Assembly (NCBI GenBank): GCA_964016885.1
Contig: OZ024742.1
Coordinates: 192,448,001-192,512,000 of the forward strand
Reading direction: 5' to 3'
Length of the DNA stretch: 64,000 nt
DNA from: Eledone cirrhosa
Taxonomy: Eukaryota
Shown: positions 28,282 to 41,514 of the stretch, one piece after another
How positions within the stretch are numbered: position 1 is the stretch's first letter
Layout of the letters: each line of letters begins with the position of its first letter
Position numbers and translations under genes: made by a program
Notes under the pieces: model-generated
What the model saw: the letters and a program-made list of their open reading frames with translations, nothing else
Database searches by the model: none
What the model was told of the DNA's origin: nothing

Positions 28282-28497
28282 CGAAGGAAATGTGGTAAGG
28301 AACCAGTTGGACCATAACGCACCCAAGTACTCAATACTTGAGGTAGTAGAGTGGGTAATAGGAACCAGTAAGACCCCGACAGCTGAGCTCAAGCCGTTTC
28401 GACGGCTAATTCTGGACTAAAAAAAAAATATATATATATATATATAAAATATTAAACAAATAATGAATAAACAATTCCTTATATTAAACAAAAAAAG

Positions 28498-28652
28498 TTC
28501 ATTATTTAACGATCGTTTCTAGGATATATATGTGTTATAATTGGTATGCATATTCAACAGATCTATGTACAAAATTATACAAAATTATACAAATTATCAA
28601 GATTAAATATACATACCAAACACATATATACGCCGTCTTCAGAAATAATGAA
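28498..28652 (-). ncRNA. Type I hammerhead motif, mirror copy in the inverted arm
   Basis: Reverse complement of 34439-34593. Confidence 0.7.
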
Positions 28653-29132
28653 GTATATTTATTGATAATAACAACAATTCAAAATTTCAGTTCAAAATTG
28701 ACCAATGAAAACACAAAGGGTTAAATGCAGTTCGGTGTGTGTATATACATGTAAAACCCTTACACATATTTTACAAAAATGTATGTATAATTTGTATACG
28801 CATACTAAAAGGATGGATGCAAATACAAAATTTCAAGGTTAATGTCTCTGTAAGCTTACAATGCGCAGATAAGATGCGCATTGATACTTATGAAATCAAG
28901 TATATTATTTCATACTCACACATATCAGTACAATCACACATACACGCGCGTATATGCATAAATATACACATAACCACGAACATACAAACACACACACACC
29001 CCCACTCACATTTATATATGTGGATATAAAATCATAAGCACATGGATATTAATTCACTCACATAAAACACTGGCACACACATTTCTAGATCAAGATACAG
29101 AAATTAGGTGGGAGGGGGGGGGGGGGGAGGGG

Positions 29133-31022
29133 TCTAACTTTAACTCAAATCCTTCTATTAGACTTATATGTCCCTCCAAATCAGATATTGGAATAATTAG
29201 CAAAAAAATTTTAGATAGAGTCATCCCACAAATAAGAAAACACGTTATTTTACCACTCTGGGAAAACACCTCCCAGGTAATTAACTGGTTTAAAAATATT
29301 AGGTGTAAATCTTCTGCTTCTTTCCTACAATTTGATATAGATAATTACTATTCTTCTATATCACCTATACTCCTGAACAAAGCATTGATATTTGCTAAAA
29401 ATAGATCTAACTTAACTTTGGATGACATTAACATTATTACACATGCTAGACTAACACTTATTGAATTTCAGAATGAGTACTGGACCAGAAACACATACAG
29501 TAATCTTTTTGATATTACTATGGGTTCAAGCGATTCCGCCCAAATTACTGATCTTGTGGGCCTCTTTCTCCTTTTCAACATAAATGCCTCTTTTCCCCAC
29601 CTCAAAGGTGGTTTATATCGTGATGACTGTCTTCTTCTTTCTAACAACCTTAGCCTTTCAGAAATCGAAAAAAACAAAAAACATATTAGAACTTTCCTTA
29701 AAGACTATTATAATCTTAATATTACTTTTGAAAAAACAAGTAAAGTAGTAAATTTCCTAGATATAACTTTAGATTTAGCTACGGGTATCTACCAACCTTA
29801 CCATAAACCTAACCAAAACTTACATTACATACACTCACAATCTAATCACCCTAAATCTATCCTTAAAAACCTTGCATATAATATATCACTTAGAATTTCT
29901 AACCTTTCTTCTAACCAAGATGTATTTGATAAAAATGCGACCTTCTATAACGAAGCTCTAGATAGAAGTGGCCACAAAAATAGATTAGAGTATATACCTT
30001 CTACTAAAAATACTGAAAGCATACAACATAATATTACCAACAAACACCAAATGAAAAGTACACACCTAAATGCCACCCACACTATACCCCAAAATACTAA
30101 ATCTTCTAATATAAAGTATAGTAACTCTCAAAAAACTACTCATCATACAACTATAATAAATATTAATAATAAAACTCCTAATAAAAAAGATAAAACACCT
30201 AAATCTACAAATATAACTAAAAATAGTTGTGGTGAGATCATTAACATTAATCCTCCTAGTAAAAATCACGATACAACCTATAAAAATAATAAAAATAATA
30301 AACAACATAGAAACCGTAATAGACGGGTTACTTGGTATAATGCTCCTTTTAATTTACAAGTTAAGGATAATATTGCTAAAAAATTTTTTTATATCCTTGA
30401 GAAAAACTTCCCGCCAAACCACAAATACCATCAAATCTTAAATAGGTCTACAGTTAAATTCTCATACTCTACAACAAATAACATAAAACAAAATATAAGT
30501 GCATATAATGCATATAAATGTATGAAAACCATAAGTATACCACCAGTACATCAAATTAACCATAATATCTCCTCAAATACAGAATTAACGAAAGGATGTA
30601 ACTGTAGAAACAAAGCAAACTGCCCATTAAAAGGGAATTGTCTTGTTAACAACATAGTCTATAAATGTAATGTTAAAACTAAAGATTCTATTTGCTCATA
30701 TATAGGAGCTACCTCTAACAATTTTAAGACAAGGTTTAATACCCACAAGCATAGTTTTAAAAATGCCGCACTGGCTAATACAACATCTCTAGCAGAAAAA
30801 ATCAATGGTTATAAAAATAAGAATATAAAATATGATTTGACCTGGAGTGTGCTTAAAAGAGCCACCCCTTATCAAAATAATAGAAATGAATGTAGATTAT
30901 GTTCCCAAGAACTATTTGAAATAATGAAGTCTAAGGATATCTTATTAAATAAACGACAGGAATTAATTATATCGTGTAATCATAAACTAAAAAAAACATT
31001 TAAATATTATAAACCTAATTAA
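29133..31022 (+). CDS. PLE reverse transcriptase + C-terminal GIY-YIG endonuclease (N-terminally truncated, 629 uninterrupted codons)
   Basis: Frame is open from SNFNSNPSIRLICPSKSDIGIISKKILD through FDIDNYYSSI, TMGS, GLYRDD, FLDITLDL, HSQSNHP, WYNAPF, CNCRNKANCPLKGNC, IVY..YIG, CRLC, LNKRQE. Confidence 0.93.
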   Translation, partial: SNFNSNPSIRLICPSKSDIGIISKKILDRVIPQIRKHVILPLWENTSQVINWFKNIRCKSSASFLQFDIDNYYSSISPILLNKALIFAKNRSNLTLDDINIITHARLTLIEFQNEYWTRNTYSNLFDITMGSSDSAQITDLVGLFLLFNINASFPHLKGGLYRDDCLLLSNNLSLSEIEKNKKHIRTFLKDYYNLNITFEKTSKVVNFLDITLDLATGIYQPYHKPNQNLHYIHSQSNHPKSILKNLAYNISLRISNLSSNQDVFDKNATFYNEALDRSGHKNRLEYIPSTKNTESIQHNITNKHQMKSTHLNATHTIPQNTKSSNIKYSNSQKTTHHTTIININNKTPNKKDKTPKSTNITKNSCGEIININPPSKNHDTTYKNNKNNKQHRNRNRRVTWYNAPFNLQVKDNIAKKFFYILEKNFPPNHKYHQILNRSTVKFSYSTTNNIKQNISAYNAYKCMKTISIPPVHQINHNISSNTELTKGCNCRNKANCPLKGNCLVNNIVYKCNVKTKDSICSYIGATSNNFKTRFNTHKHSFKNAALANTTSLAEKINGYKNKNIKYDLTWSVLKRATPYQNNRNECRLCSQELFEIMKSKDILLNKRQELIISCNHKLKKTFKYYKPN

Positions 31023-31545
31023 TAACATTATTTTAGAAATTAATTTAATTTAAATGTTAGTTAACCTATAAATTTAATTTAATTAATATTTTATTACAGA
31101 TGAGAATATAAAATATTATGTAATCATAAATTGTGAAAAACCTTTAAATATTACTAATATATACTTAGTAATTTAATTTATAGATTAATTTTAATTTATT
31201 TAAACCTTTTATTATAACTCTTTTACAGATAAAATATAACAAAATAATATCGTGTATCCAATGACAGAGAAATAATTTTTAGTATTATAGACCTAATTAA
31301 TATACATTTTAGAAATATATTTATTATTTGGTTTTAGTTTTAATCAACCTAAAAATTTTAATTTTAATTTGCTTAAAATTAGTATCCTTATACAGACGAA
31401 TTGCAGAATGTCATGTAATCATAGAATGGGATGTGTTTTGGATATATACCTAGTTAATATATTCTATGCAATTTTTTGAAAAAGATATGTATATGTATAT
31501 GTGTATGTGTATGTGTGTGTGTGTATGTGTATGTGTATGTATGTA

Positions 31546-31594
<49 letters not shown>

Positions 31595-32714
31595 ATATAT
31601 ATGTATATGTGTATGTGTATGTATATGTATATGTATGCGTATTAATTTTGATTTCTATTTGCATATAATTATATTATGCTATTGATGAAATACAGTATCT
31701 GCTTTATGTATTGTATACCTAATTAACATATACTATTGAAATAAATATATAATTTTTAATTTAGTTAACATATAATTTATATTCTACTACCGATGTAATA
31801 CTTTATTTTATTTTTATTTGTGTTTTTTTTCCCTATTACTAAATTCATTTCCTAATATTGATACCATAACGTTATTAACTTTAATTTAGTTATACTGTAA
31901 TTAATAATCTACTACTATTTGACTTCAAAATTCTGCTTCAAATATTATAAACCTAACTAATTTACACCTTAGAAATCAATATGTTGACTATCTTTGGTTT
32001 AGTTAACATATGATTAATGGTATACTTATTTATTTTGAGATGCATAGATTTTGCCTTAGTTCTTGTTTGTCGTATTTCCTAACACTGAAAATATGTAAGA
32101 ACATACATTGGATAAAGATACGGAAAATTTTCTATGTTTCTTGAAACATATATTTACTTTGATCCCCTTCTCCAAACCCCCCCTTTCCCCCATACTATTA
32201 TCATCTGTATTTGTAAGCGTCTATGTATGAATATATATGTAGATAGGTGTCTATATAGGTTTGGGTATTTATATCTAAATATAAAAATACATATATGCGC
32301 ATGCAAATATGAATGTAAGATTGCGTGTGTATATATGAGTGTGTATATGTATGTATATATGTGTATATATGCATTATATATGTATGTGTATGTGAATGTG
32401 TGTACGTATATATGTATGTATGTGTATATATGTGTATATATGTGTATGCATGTATATATAGGAATATATATATGTATATATATATGTATATGTATATGCG
32501 TGTGTATGTATGTGTGTGTATGTGTGTTGTATATATATGTATGTCTCTCTATTTATATGTTTATCTTCGTATCTATGTGATATATGTGTGTGTGTGTGCA
32601 TGTATGCATATGTATGTGTTTATGTGTATTTGTGTGTGTGTGTGTATATATGTGTGTGTGCGCACACACACATATATATATGTGAGTGTGTATATGTGTC
32701 TGTGTATATGTATG

Positions 32715-32776
<62 letters not shown>

Positions 32777-33042
32777 TGTCTATGTGTGAATATATGTCTT
32801 TATTCGTATGTGTGTATTTATGTATGTATATGTTTATATGTATGTATGTATATGTATGTATGTATGTATATATATGTATATATGTATATATATATATATG
32901 TATATATATATATTATTCTTTATTATTATAATATAACTTATGTGTATGTGTGTATAAGTGAGGTTGTGTATGTGTATATAATATGTGTATATATAAGTGT
33001 AAAAAAATATATATATATATATATGTGCATGTCTGTTTTTTA

Positions 33043-33074
<32 letters not shown>

Positions 33075-33591
33075 CGTGTGTATATATATATATATGTAGG
33101 TGTTTGTATGTGTATTTATGGTGGTATGAGTGTGTGGATATCTATGTGTATATATATATATATATATATATGTGTATATATATATATATATATATGTGTA
33201 TGTATGTGTGTATATATATATCTCTATTAATGCGTGTGTGTATGTATATACATATGCCTTTTTATTATTATTTTTATTTGTATGTCTGAGTTAGGTGAGG
33301 TTGTAGGGTTTTTTTATGTATATACGCATATATGGATGCGTATGTATTTGTATATATGAGTATAAGTAAGTGCATATGTATGTATGATTATATATCTAAT
33401 TCTATGTATGAATATACATGTATATATATATGTGTGTATGTAAGTTGTGTGTGTATGTATCTACATGTCTATGTGTGTGTATATATATATATGTATATAT
33501 ATATATGTATATCGACGTGCGTATATGTATGTACATGTATGTACATGTATGTGTGTATGTATGTGTATATATATTTAGATGTATGTGTGTG

Positions 33592-33634
<43 letters not shown>

Positions 33635-34438
33635 ATATATATATAGGTATATATCTTTATTATTTATTTTTTATATATATGTGTATGTGTGTATGTGTTG
33701 CGTGTGTGTGTGTGTGTATATATATATCTTTATATATGTGTATGTGTATGTTCGTGTAAGTGTATGTGTGTGTATGACTGTATATGTATGTGTGTATGTG
33801 TGTATGCGTAAATATTTCTATGTGTGCGTACATGTATGTATGTGTATATATCTGTATGTGTATGTATATTATATTATATTTATTATATTTTATTGTTTTA
33901 TTTTTTTATTTTTCTTAATTTATAGATACATTTATATTAGGCAGTCTGCTCAGACAGTTGAATACTGACCCCCCCCCTCCCACCTAATTTCTGTATCTTG
34001 ATCTAGAAATGTGTGTGCCAGTGTTTTATGTGAGTGAATTAATATCCATGTGCTTATGATTTTATATCCACATATATAAATGTGAGTGGGGGTGTGTGTG
34101 TGTTTGTATGTTCGTGGTTATGTGTATATTTATGCATATACGCGCGTGTATGTGTGATTGTACTGATATGTGTGAGTATGAAATAATATACTTGATTTCA
34201 TAAGTATCAATGCGCATCTTATCTGCGCATTGTAAGCTTACAGAGACATTAACCTTGAAATTTTGTATTTGCATCCATCCTTTTAGTATGCGTATACAAA
34301 TTATACATACATTTTTGTAAAATATGTGTAAGGGTTTTACATGTATATACACACACCGAACTGCATTTAACCCTTTGTGTTTTCATTGGTCAATTTTGAA
34401 CTGAAATTTTGAATTGTTGTTATTATCAATAAATATAC

Positions 34439-34593
34439 TTCATTATTTCTGAAGACGGCGTATATATGTGTTTGGTATGTATATTTAATCTTGATAATTT
34501 GTATAATTTTGTATAATTTTGTACATAGATCTGTTGAATATGCATACCAATTATAACACATATATATCCTAGAAACGATCGTTAAATAATGAA
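34439..34593 (+). ncRNA. Type I hammerhead ribozyme motif with a long stem II, in the PLE 3' arm
   Basis: Stem I TTCATTATTT/AAATAATGAA (10 bp), core CTGAAGA, ~115-nt stem II (TATATATGTGTT/AACACATATATA, TGGTATGTATATT/AATATGCATACCA), GAA-AC-GATC-GT-T. Confidence 0.75.
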
Positions 34594-34781
34594 CTTTTTT
34601 TGTTTAATATAAGGAATTGTTTATTCATTATTTGTTTAATATTTTATCTTGACTCTGTATACCGTTTATCTTTCACCGAAAGTGGTTTTTCATTACATCT
34701 CTTCTTTCCATGATATCCGGAATACATTGAGTTCTTCATACGGATTGGACACTACCGTAAACTCTTGGTAGATTTATCTAC

Positions 34782-34905
<124 letters not shown>

Positions 34906-34956
34906 GTATATATATATATATATAGTAAAAAAAACGAAAAATCAGTGATGCATCTG

Positions 34957-35050
<94 letters not shown>

Positions 35051-35200
35051 GTGATCGGCAGATAGTATCAGAAATGGAAAATCCAATGAAATATAGTTTG
35101 CTTCGTCCGATTTAATAAAATGATATAATATTAAAGTAAAATGTAGAAATAAATATCGATGCGATAATGACTTTACTCTTCTTTTACTTTTTTCCAATAG

Positions 35201-37015
35201 ATTCCTGTTTTGCCTGATCCGACAACACCCCAGACCGGACCTGTCTATTTGCCGGACTTCCGGGACATTGACAGTGCTTACTTAAACTCAATTCCGGAAA
35301 CTGCCTTGTTTGAGAACACTAAAACAGAACAAGACACAGACTCGCCGGACAGCGGTCACAGGGAGATGTCGTCCGATAGCCTATCTTGCAATCTGACCAG
35401 TGGTTTGGAGTCGAAGAATTGGCACCACAATACGTATTGTCGATATCCTCTGGCTCAACAGATTAAAATGAGTCATAACAATCATCAGCAACAACAACAC
35501 CAACAACAATTACATAATCACAATGTATCTCTATATCAACAACATCAGCAACATTTAAATAATAACAAGGCTCATATTAACAGTAATGGTGTTGTTACTA
35601 TTAACAGTAGCAGCAACAATAACAACATCATCAGCAGCAACAATAATAACAACAACACTAACAGCATTAATACCAACAACAACAATAATAATAACAACAC
35701 CACTACTACCATCAACAACATTGAAAACAATATGAACAACAACAATAATAACAACAACTACAACCCGTTTACAAAGTGTTCGCCTAAAAAGCGGGACGAT
35801 ATCAAAATCATTACACCTGTGCCGGCTCAGGATGCGAGCGGCAACCGCCTTGAACTAAAGCTCAACGTAGCACCAAAGCTGGATCCACCACCGAAATACA
35901 CAAGAACATCACGCCCTCTATCGGCCGACTTAGACAGTCTTTCGTCAAACTACCACGACAACAATGCGAACACACAACAGTTGAATAAGAGGAACCAGCT
36001 ATCGGATAACCTGTATTATTCTTCTTCTTTAACCAATTCGGCCTTGTTGAACCCCACCACACAGCAACATCGACCGGAAACCATTGAAAGTTACCGGCCA
36101 ACAGAAAGTAACCCTATCACTCCCTTATCGTCGTTGTCGTTGTCATCGTCGTCATCATCATCATCATCGTCATCGTCTTCGTCTTCTTGTTCGTTTTCAG
36201 CTTCTACATCCACCTCGTCTTTGTCAGGTCGGATGTCTGTTGGTAAAGGAACGATTGGTCAGATGGTGACAACAACAGCAACAGCTACAACGGCGGCGAC
36301 AACGACAGCAACAGTAGTACCATCAACAACGCCGACCTTCGGGTCATTATCAACAACAACAAACACCGCCACAACTACTACAACAACAGCAACAACAGCT
36401 ATATCAATTAACGGAACAACATTAGCCACAACATCAACAACGTCAAATTACTTGTTGAAAAACAAAATCCACGTGAACAACCTCAGTTTGGGATGTTCGG
36501 TCCCAACTAGTTGTATTTCGTCTTCAGTCGCAAACATCACTGCCAATGGTAGCAATCATGGCGTAAGAGGTGGTAGTAATATTAGTAATACCAGTAACAC
36601 TAGTAACAGCAGTAATGGCAGCATTACTAATGGTAATAATGGCAGTGCTAAGAGACTCAGTTATAGCGAAACCAATGGTAAGAGTTATGTTCCTTCGTTG
36701 AGCTCTTTTGCCTCGTCGGCCTTTGTGGCTTCAAAGCCTCCGGCTAAGACCACATTTACTCCACGAACAAAACAACCGAAACAACAGCAACAGCAACAGA
36801 AAAAACAAACGCAACAACAACAACAGCAGCAGTCTAAAGCCGCTAACTTACAGAAAAAGCCATCTTCTTACGATGAGATCTGCCCCCGATTACAGTTAAG
36901 CAGTAACTCGGACGACGATGATAATTCTGAAGACTCAGGTCTACCACTTGTGCACCAAGCACCCAGGAGACTTGATTCTATGACTTTCGATGAGTTTGAA
37001 GCTCTGAGTAGTTGA
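35201..37015 (+). CDS. NOS1AP: Terminal exon of the NOS1AP-like gene; long low-complexity (Q/N/S/T-rich) C-terminus ending ...DEFEALSS*
   Basis: Polypyrimidine tract and CAATAG acceptor at 35200, phase 0 continuing exon 27040-27180, 1815-nt open frame to TGA. Confidence 0.88.
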   Translation: MPVLPDPTTPQTGPVYLPDFRDIDSAYLNSIPETALFENTKTEQDTDSPDSGHREMSSDSLSCNLTSGLESKNWHHNTYCRYPLAQQIKMSHNNHQQQQHQQQLHNHNVSLYQQHQQHLNNNKAHINSNGVVTINSSSNNNNIISSNNNNNNTNSINTNNNNNNNNTTTTINNIENNMNNNNNNNNYNPFTKCSPKKRDDIKIITPVPAQDASGNRLELKLNVAPKLDPPPKYTRTSRPLSADLDSLSSNYHDNNANTQQLNKRNQLSDNLYYSSSLTNSALLNPTTQQHRPETIESYRPTESNPITPLSSLSLSSSSSSSSSSSSSSSCSFSASTSTSSLSGRMSVGKGTIGQMVTTTATATTAATTTATVVPSTTPTFGSLSTTTNTATTTTTTATTAISINGTTLATTSTTSNYLLKNKIHVNNLSLGCSVPTSCISSSVANITANGSNHGVRGGSNISNTSNTSNSSNGSITNGNNGSAKRLSYSETNGKSYVPSLSSFASSAFVASKPPAKTTFTPRTKQPKQQQQQQKKQTQQQQQQQSKAANLQKKPSSYDEICPRLQLSSNSDDDDNSEDSGLPLVHQAPRRLDSMTFDEFEALSS

Positions 37016-37156
37016 AAATTAAAACAAGCAACAAACTCACACAGAAAAAACAAACAAACAAAAAACAATAAGTAAATAAAAACACAAAAAGCTAACGTAA
37101 AGCAAGGAAAATGTTTTTAAAAAATTTATGGAAAACAAGCAAGGAAAAAGTAAAAC

Positions 37157-37200
<44 letters not shown>

Positions 37201-37934
37201 CAGAAAAGAACTCGGCAATGAAACAAGAGATGAAAATTGTGTTAATCAAGTTTGAAACTATAGAAATCATAATAATTACTATTAGTAATAATATTATTAA
37301 TATTATTGTTATGGTTATAGACAAACCAAAGTAACTTAAAATAGTTACAGTCCCTTGCTGCTCCCTCCTTCTCCACTTCAGTCAGTCCAGCCAGCCAGCC
37401 AGCCAGCCAATCTAACAAACCTGTTCTTCTAACTGACCCGCTCCCCCACCATTCCTATCTAATATAACCTGATATGCTCCCCAGCCTATCCTATTAAATC
37501 ACCCCAACCCACACCTACCATTACGTGTAACTTGTTCTTTAACAACAACAAAAACGAAGTCATTTAAAATCTATTCGAACGACGCCGCTACACTGCTTCG
37601 GTAGTGGCGGTAGGTAAGGGGGAGAAAGAGCTTTCTGAAGAAAAGTCAATAATGGCGAGCATAGGTATCACCATTATCATCATTGTCATCAACAATAATA
37701 TCAACAACAACGACTATGAAGACATCAAAAGCAAAATATCAAAAATAATAAAAGAAAAAACAACATTAAATATTAATTCCTTCGTTACCATAATTCTAAT
37801 AAAAAGCATTGAGTATAATTTTCAAACAATTTCGAAAATAATCAAGAATTGGTACGGGTTTAGTAATACGATTAACGTACTCATTATTAAGGTGATGTTT
37901 GGAACATAACTTAACAAAGGATCTGACAAAGAAT

Positions 37935-38370
37935 TATGATGGAAGGTTTTTAGATTAATATGAAAACTCTCAGATAAACTTTAGTATCATAGAACTAAGG
38001 ACGTTTTCAGATAATTTGATTTCGAAACAGTTTAGCTTGTGCTTAGTACGCAACAAAGCCAAATAAATATTGGTATATTTAGATGGGATTTGGAAAATAC
38101 CCTTACAAAAGTTCTTACATAATATTATGATAAAATCTTTTAGATGAATATAAATACTTTAAAATAAAGTTTCGTATCATAGAACCAAGGTGCTTAACAA
38201 GAGCTAAATATTTATTGGTATATTAAGCTAGCATTTGGAGCATCACAAAACACATGTTATTACATGAAATTATAATGAAAGGTTTTTAGAGGAATATAAA
38301 TGCTTTAAAGCAAACAGTTTTCTATCTTAGAACCAAGGGGTAGTTTCAGGCAATTTGGTATCAAAATGAG
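37935..38370. repeat. Three diverged 150-190-bp tandem units in the presumptive 3' UTR
   Basis: TTTTAGA..AATAT.AA...TATC.TAGAAC.AAGG recurs three times. Confidence 0.7.
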
Positions 38371-39003
38371 CTAAATCGATCAATTGAAGTGTGTAAGTTA
38401 TTGAAAGGAAAGTGTGCAGTTAGAAAGTTTTACAAATGGGTTGTATAACAAAGGAACAACAGAAAGATGGTAAATGACAATATCAAAGAGACAATACTAA
38501 AGATGTCATCTTACCTTGTATTTTGTCTGTCATATATCATCATTTCTTAAATTATCATTTGATTTGTTCTCTTGATAAATTCAGGAGTACAAACTAGATG
38601 AAACCCTTATTTTATTTTGTTCTTATATGATATTGAATAGTATCGATATTTTTACGGTGTATATTATTTTTCGATTTGTTTCTCTATGGTTCAACATTTA
38701 TTTGTTAGATCTATCGAAGAATCAATATTTCCCAAAATATCGTCATCCAATATGTTAATACAATAAACACTCAATTTAACGGATTAATAGTGGAGGCGGC
38801 GTGTCAGTTAATATCGAATGTCAGTTAAATCTTATGTATATTTTGTTGTTTTCTTTTATGCAAAAGAAGCAGCTAATACAATATACATTAGAGCATAATA
38901 TTAAATTATTCAGTTATGAGAAAAAATATGCAATTTTTAGACTTCACTTTTAACAGCGTAGTTGAAGATATGTTGCCGTGACCGTGTTGATAATACAGTA
39001 TGC

Positions 39004-39052
<49 letters not shown>

Positions 39053-40589
39053 TAATTGGGTAAATCGTGGTCCGTTAAAGAGAGGGTATATTGTAGTACA
39101 ATACAGGAACATGGAGATACTTTCTGCCACTAGTTTGCAAGATTGCTTTCCAGCTCCAACCAATCTTACAAACAGTTAAAGTAATGTATGACGACCCCAT
39201 CCTGTGTGATAAAGATACATCAGAAAATAAAACATATGGAAGGTTTCAGAATTAAAAAGAGGGGGGAGTGAAAAACTTGGCTTACTATGCATCTTAATTA
39301 AGTGATAGGAACAAACATGTGTCTTTGTCCCCAAAGTGCTAATATCATTTGCTTCGCCACAAATGAAGAAAATATATATATATATATATAGGTTTATGGA
39401 TTTAATCATGGTTGAGGATTAGTGTTTGCAGGCCATGCATAGACCTGCCGATAATGGAGAATACGTGCCTTTGTCAACAAAGACTATGAAACTATAAGTT
39501 CCTTGAAAATGCAACTAATACCATGTATGAATATATATATTAGAGAGAGAGAGATAGGCTTACCGTTGAGTAAACAAAGAGTGACAGAATATGTGCGAGT
39601 TCAAATTATTTATTTTCATTTTTTTTTTTTACATTTAGGAATTTATAGACCATTCTTGTTGTTACTTACAGCAATTTATTTGCTGCCTCGTGGATTATGA
39701 TTCAAATCTTACAGATATTAATTTATCTTTTCATTCCGCTGATGCTACTGATATTTATTAAATTAAGCCTTCAATTTTAGTCTCTTTAAATTATTCTTTC
39801 TAACTTAACATCAGGGTATATTTCAATGTTTCAATTCTAACCAAGGTAGATAGCTTTAATCTTCATAATTAATTAATTACTGGTTTCTAAAGTTATCTTC
39901 TCTTGTGTTTTGCAATTGACTTAAACATTAATTCTGTTTCGAAAATTATACATTGTTGGGGGGCTTATATATATTAGAAAACGTCTTAGAGTAGGAGATA
40001 TTTTAGAATATATTTCTAAAATAGCTATTATTTTTCATGCAATATTTTTTCGAGCCAAATTTTTTTTTTTTTCAGAAAAAACTTTTGGTATGACGTTTTC
40101 TGAAAACAGAATCTAAAAATCTTTTGGAAAATATAATAAAAGTTCCAAACATATTTCGTAATTTCTTTGCTATTATTTTCTTTTTCGTTACTTCTTTTTT
40201 TTTTTTTTTCTTAGTAGTAAGAAGAATTTTGCACATTTTGCATGTGTGATAGTTTGCTTGAAGCACTGTGGAATATGAAATTAAAAAGTGGATGTGTGTG
40301 TTTACTCAATTCCCTTCTGAATTGTTACCTTGATAATCTAACCCATATGCATTGTACAGCCTTCTAAACACATATATCCACTTTTCAGCTTCATATATAT
40401 ATATACACACATATCGGTCTAGTTCGGTATGCTGAGTTTGGGAAGGTGGGTGGTCCGTGTTCGGTTTGACGGGTTTGGAGGGCGGATCGTGGTTTGATTT
40501 AGCAGATGACATGAATGCAGGTTGTCGTACGGTTTAGGATGTTTGGTGTGCGTTTGTGGACTGATTGGAGTAATATCGGTTTTATCTAC

Positions 40590-40645
<56 letters not shown>

Positions 40646-41333
40646 GGAAGTATGTTTGCGCTTAATTTTTTTTACACCAAATGCTTCTAATTAAAAAAGC
40701 TGGAGTTATATATTTACATTAAATCTATCTTAAGAATTTTAATATACGCTGTGTCGCAGAGGCATCTACGAACGAATAATTGTTGTTGTTGTTTTGTTGT
40801 GACACCTCTCATTTGCATAAGTTTAGCAGGTCTCCAGTGATGTTACATGTCAGGGGGAGTTTTTAAGCTAATTTAAGTCGTACTGTAGCCATCAATTGAG
40901 ACATTAAGAGGAGAAACTGAATTAAAAAGAAAAAGAAAATAAAACATGATGATCACTATGATGTTAATGATGATGACGAGGTTGATGATGATGATGATGA
41001 TAATGGTTATGATTTAGAAGAGAAGAAGGAAGATGGAGATGACAACAACATAAAAAGATATATTCTGTTTGTTCCCCCAGCCACTGTTATTTTTTCTCCA
41101 GTGTCAAAAACACAATATTTATATTTGAAATGTGCGCGTCCCAACGCAAATGACCATAATAATAGTCGATCACAAACCTCGTCTAACCTCTTCGTAGTTT
41201 CCATTTCCAAGAGAGCGACGTTGTTTTTGTTGTTTTGTTTTTGTTTTCGTTTTATCTTCCTTCTTCCCCAATATTCCTTTCTTCATCCCCTTTCTCTCTC
41301 TCAACCATACATGTATACATACTATATCTCACA

Positions 41334-41370
<37 letters not shown>

Positions 41371-41390
41371 TACACGTGTATATATATATA

Positions 41391-41466
41391 TAAGAGTTAG
41401 AATACATGTGTGTAAGCGATAGTATGTATGCAGATATATTTGTACTTACGTATGTATGTATTACGA

Positions 41467-41514
<48 letters not shown>

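Larger units (their letters stand above)
28444..34780 (+). mobile_element. Young 5'-truncated Penelope-like retroelement (Naiad-type) with an inverted 5' copy of its 3' end, inserted in (TA)n
   Basis: RT+GIY-YIG ORF; arms 28444-29134 and 33967-34647 are near-perfect reverse complements (identical mirrored ORF-track entries); TA runs at both flanks. Confidence 0.92.

Noticed and set aside
28530-29029. ORFs of 64 and 96 aa duplicated on opposite strands
   Set aside because: They are a by-product of the inverted arms and overlap the ribozyme and CA-rich sequence.
29133-31022. Selenocysteine recoding, as reported for some Naiad PLEs
   Set aside because: There is no in-frame TGA in the visible ORF (stop is TAA) and no SECIS recognisable by eye.
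28444-34647. DNA transposon (TIR/Foldback/Polinton) interpretation of the long inverted repeats
   Set aside because: The enclosed ORF is RT + GIY-YIG and is cut at the left arm, and the arm is a copy of the element's own 3' end, a known PLE structure.
35210-37015. Stand-alone 601-aa gene
   Set aside because: It starts at TTG just after a splice acceptor, so it is a terminal exon.
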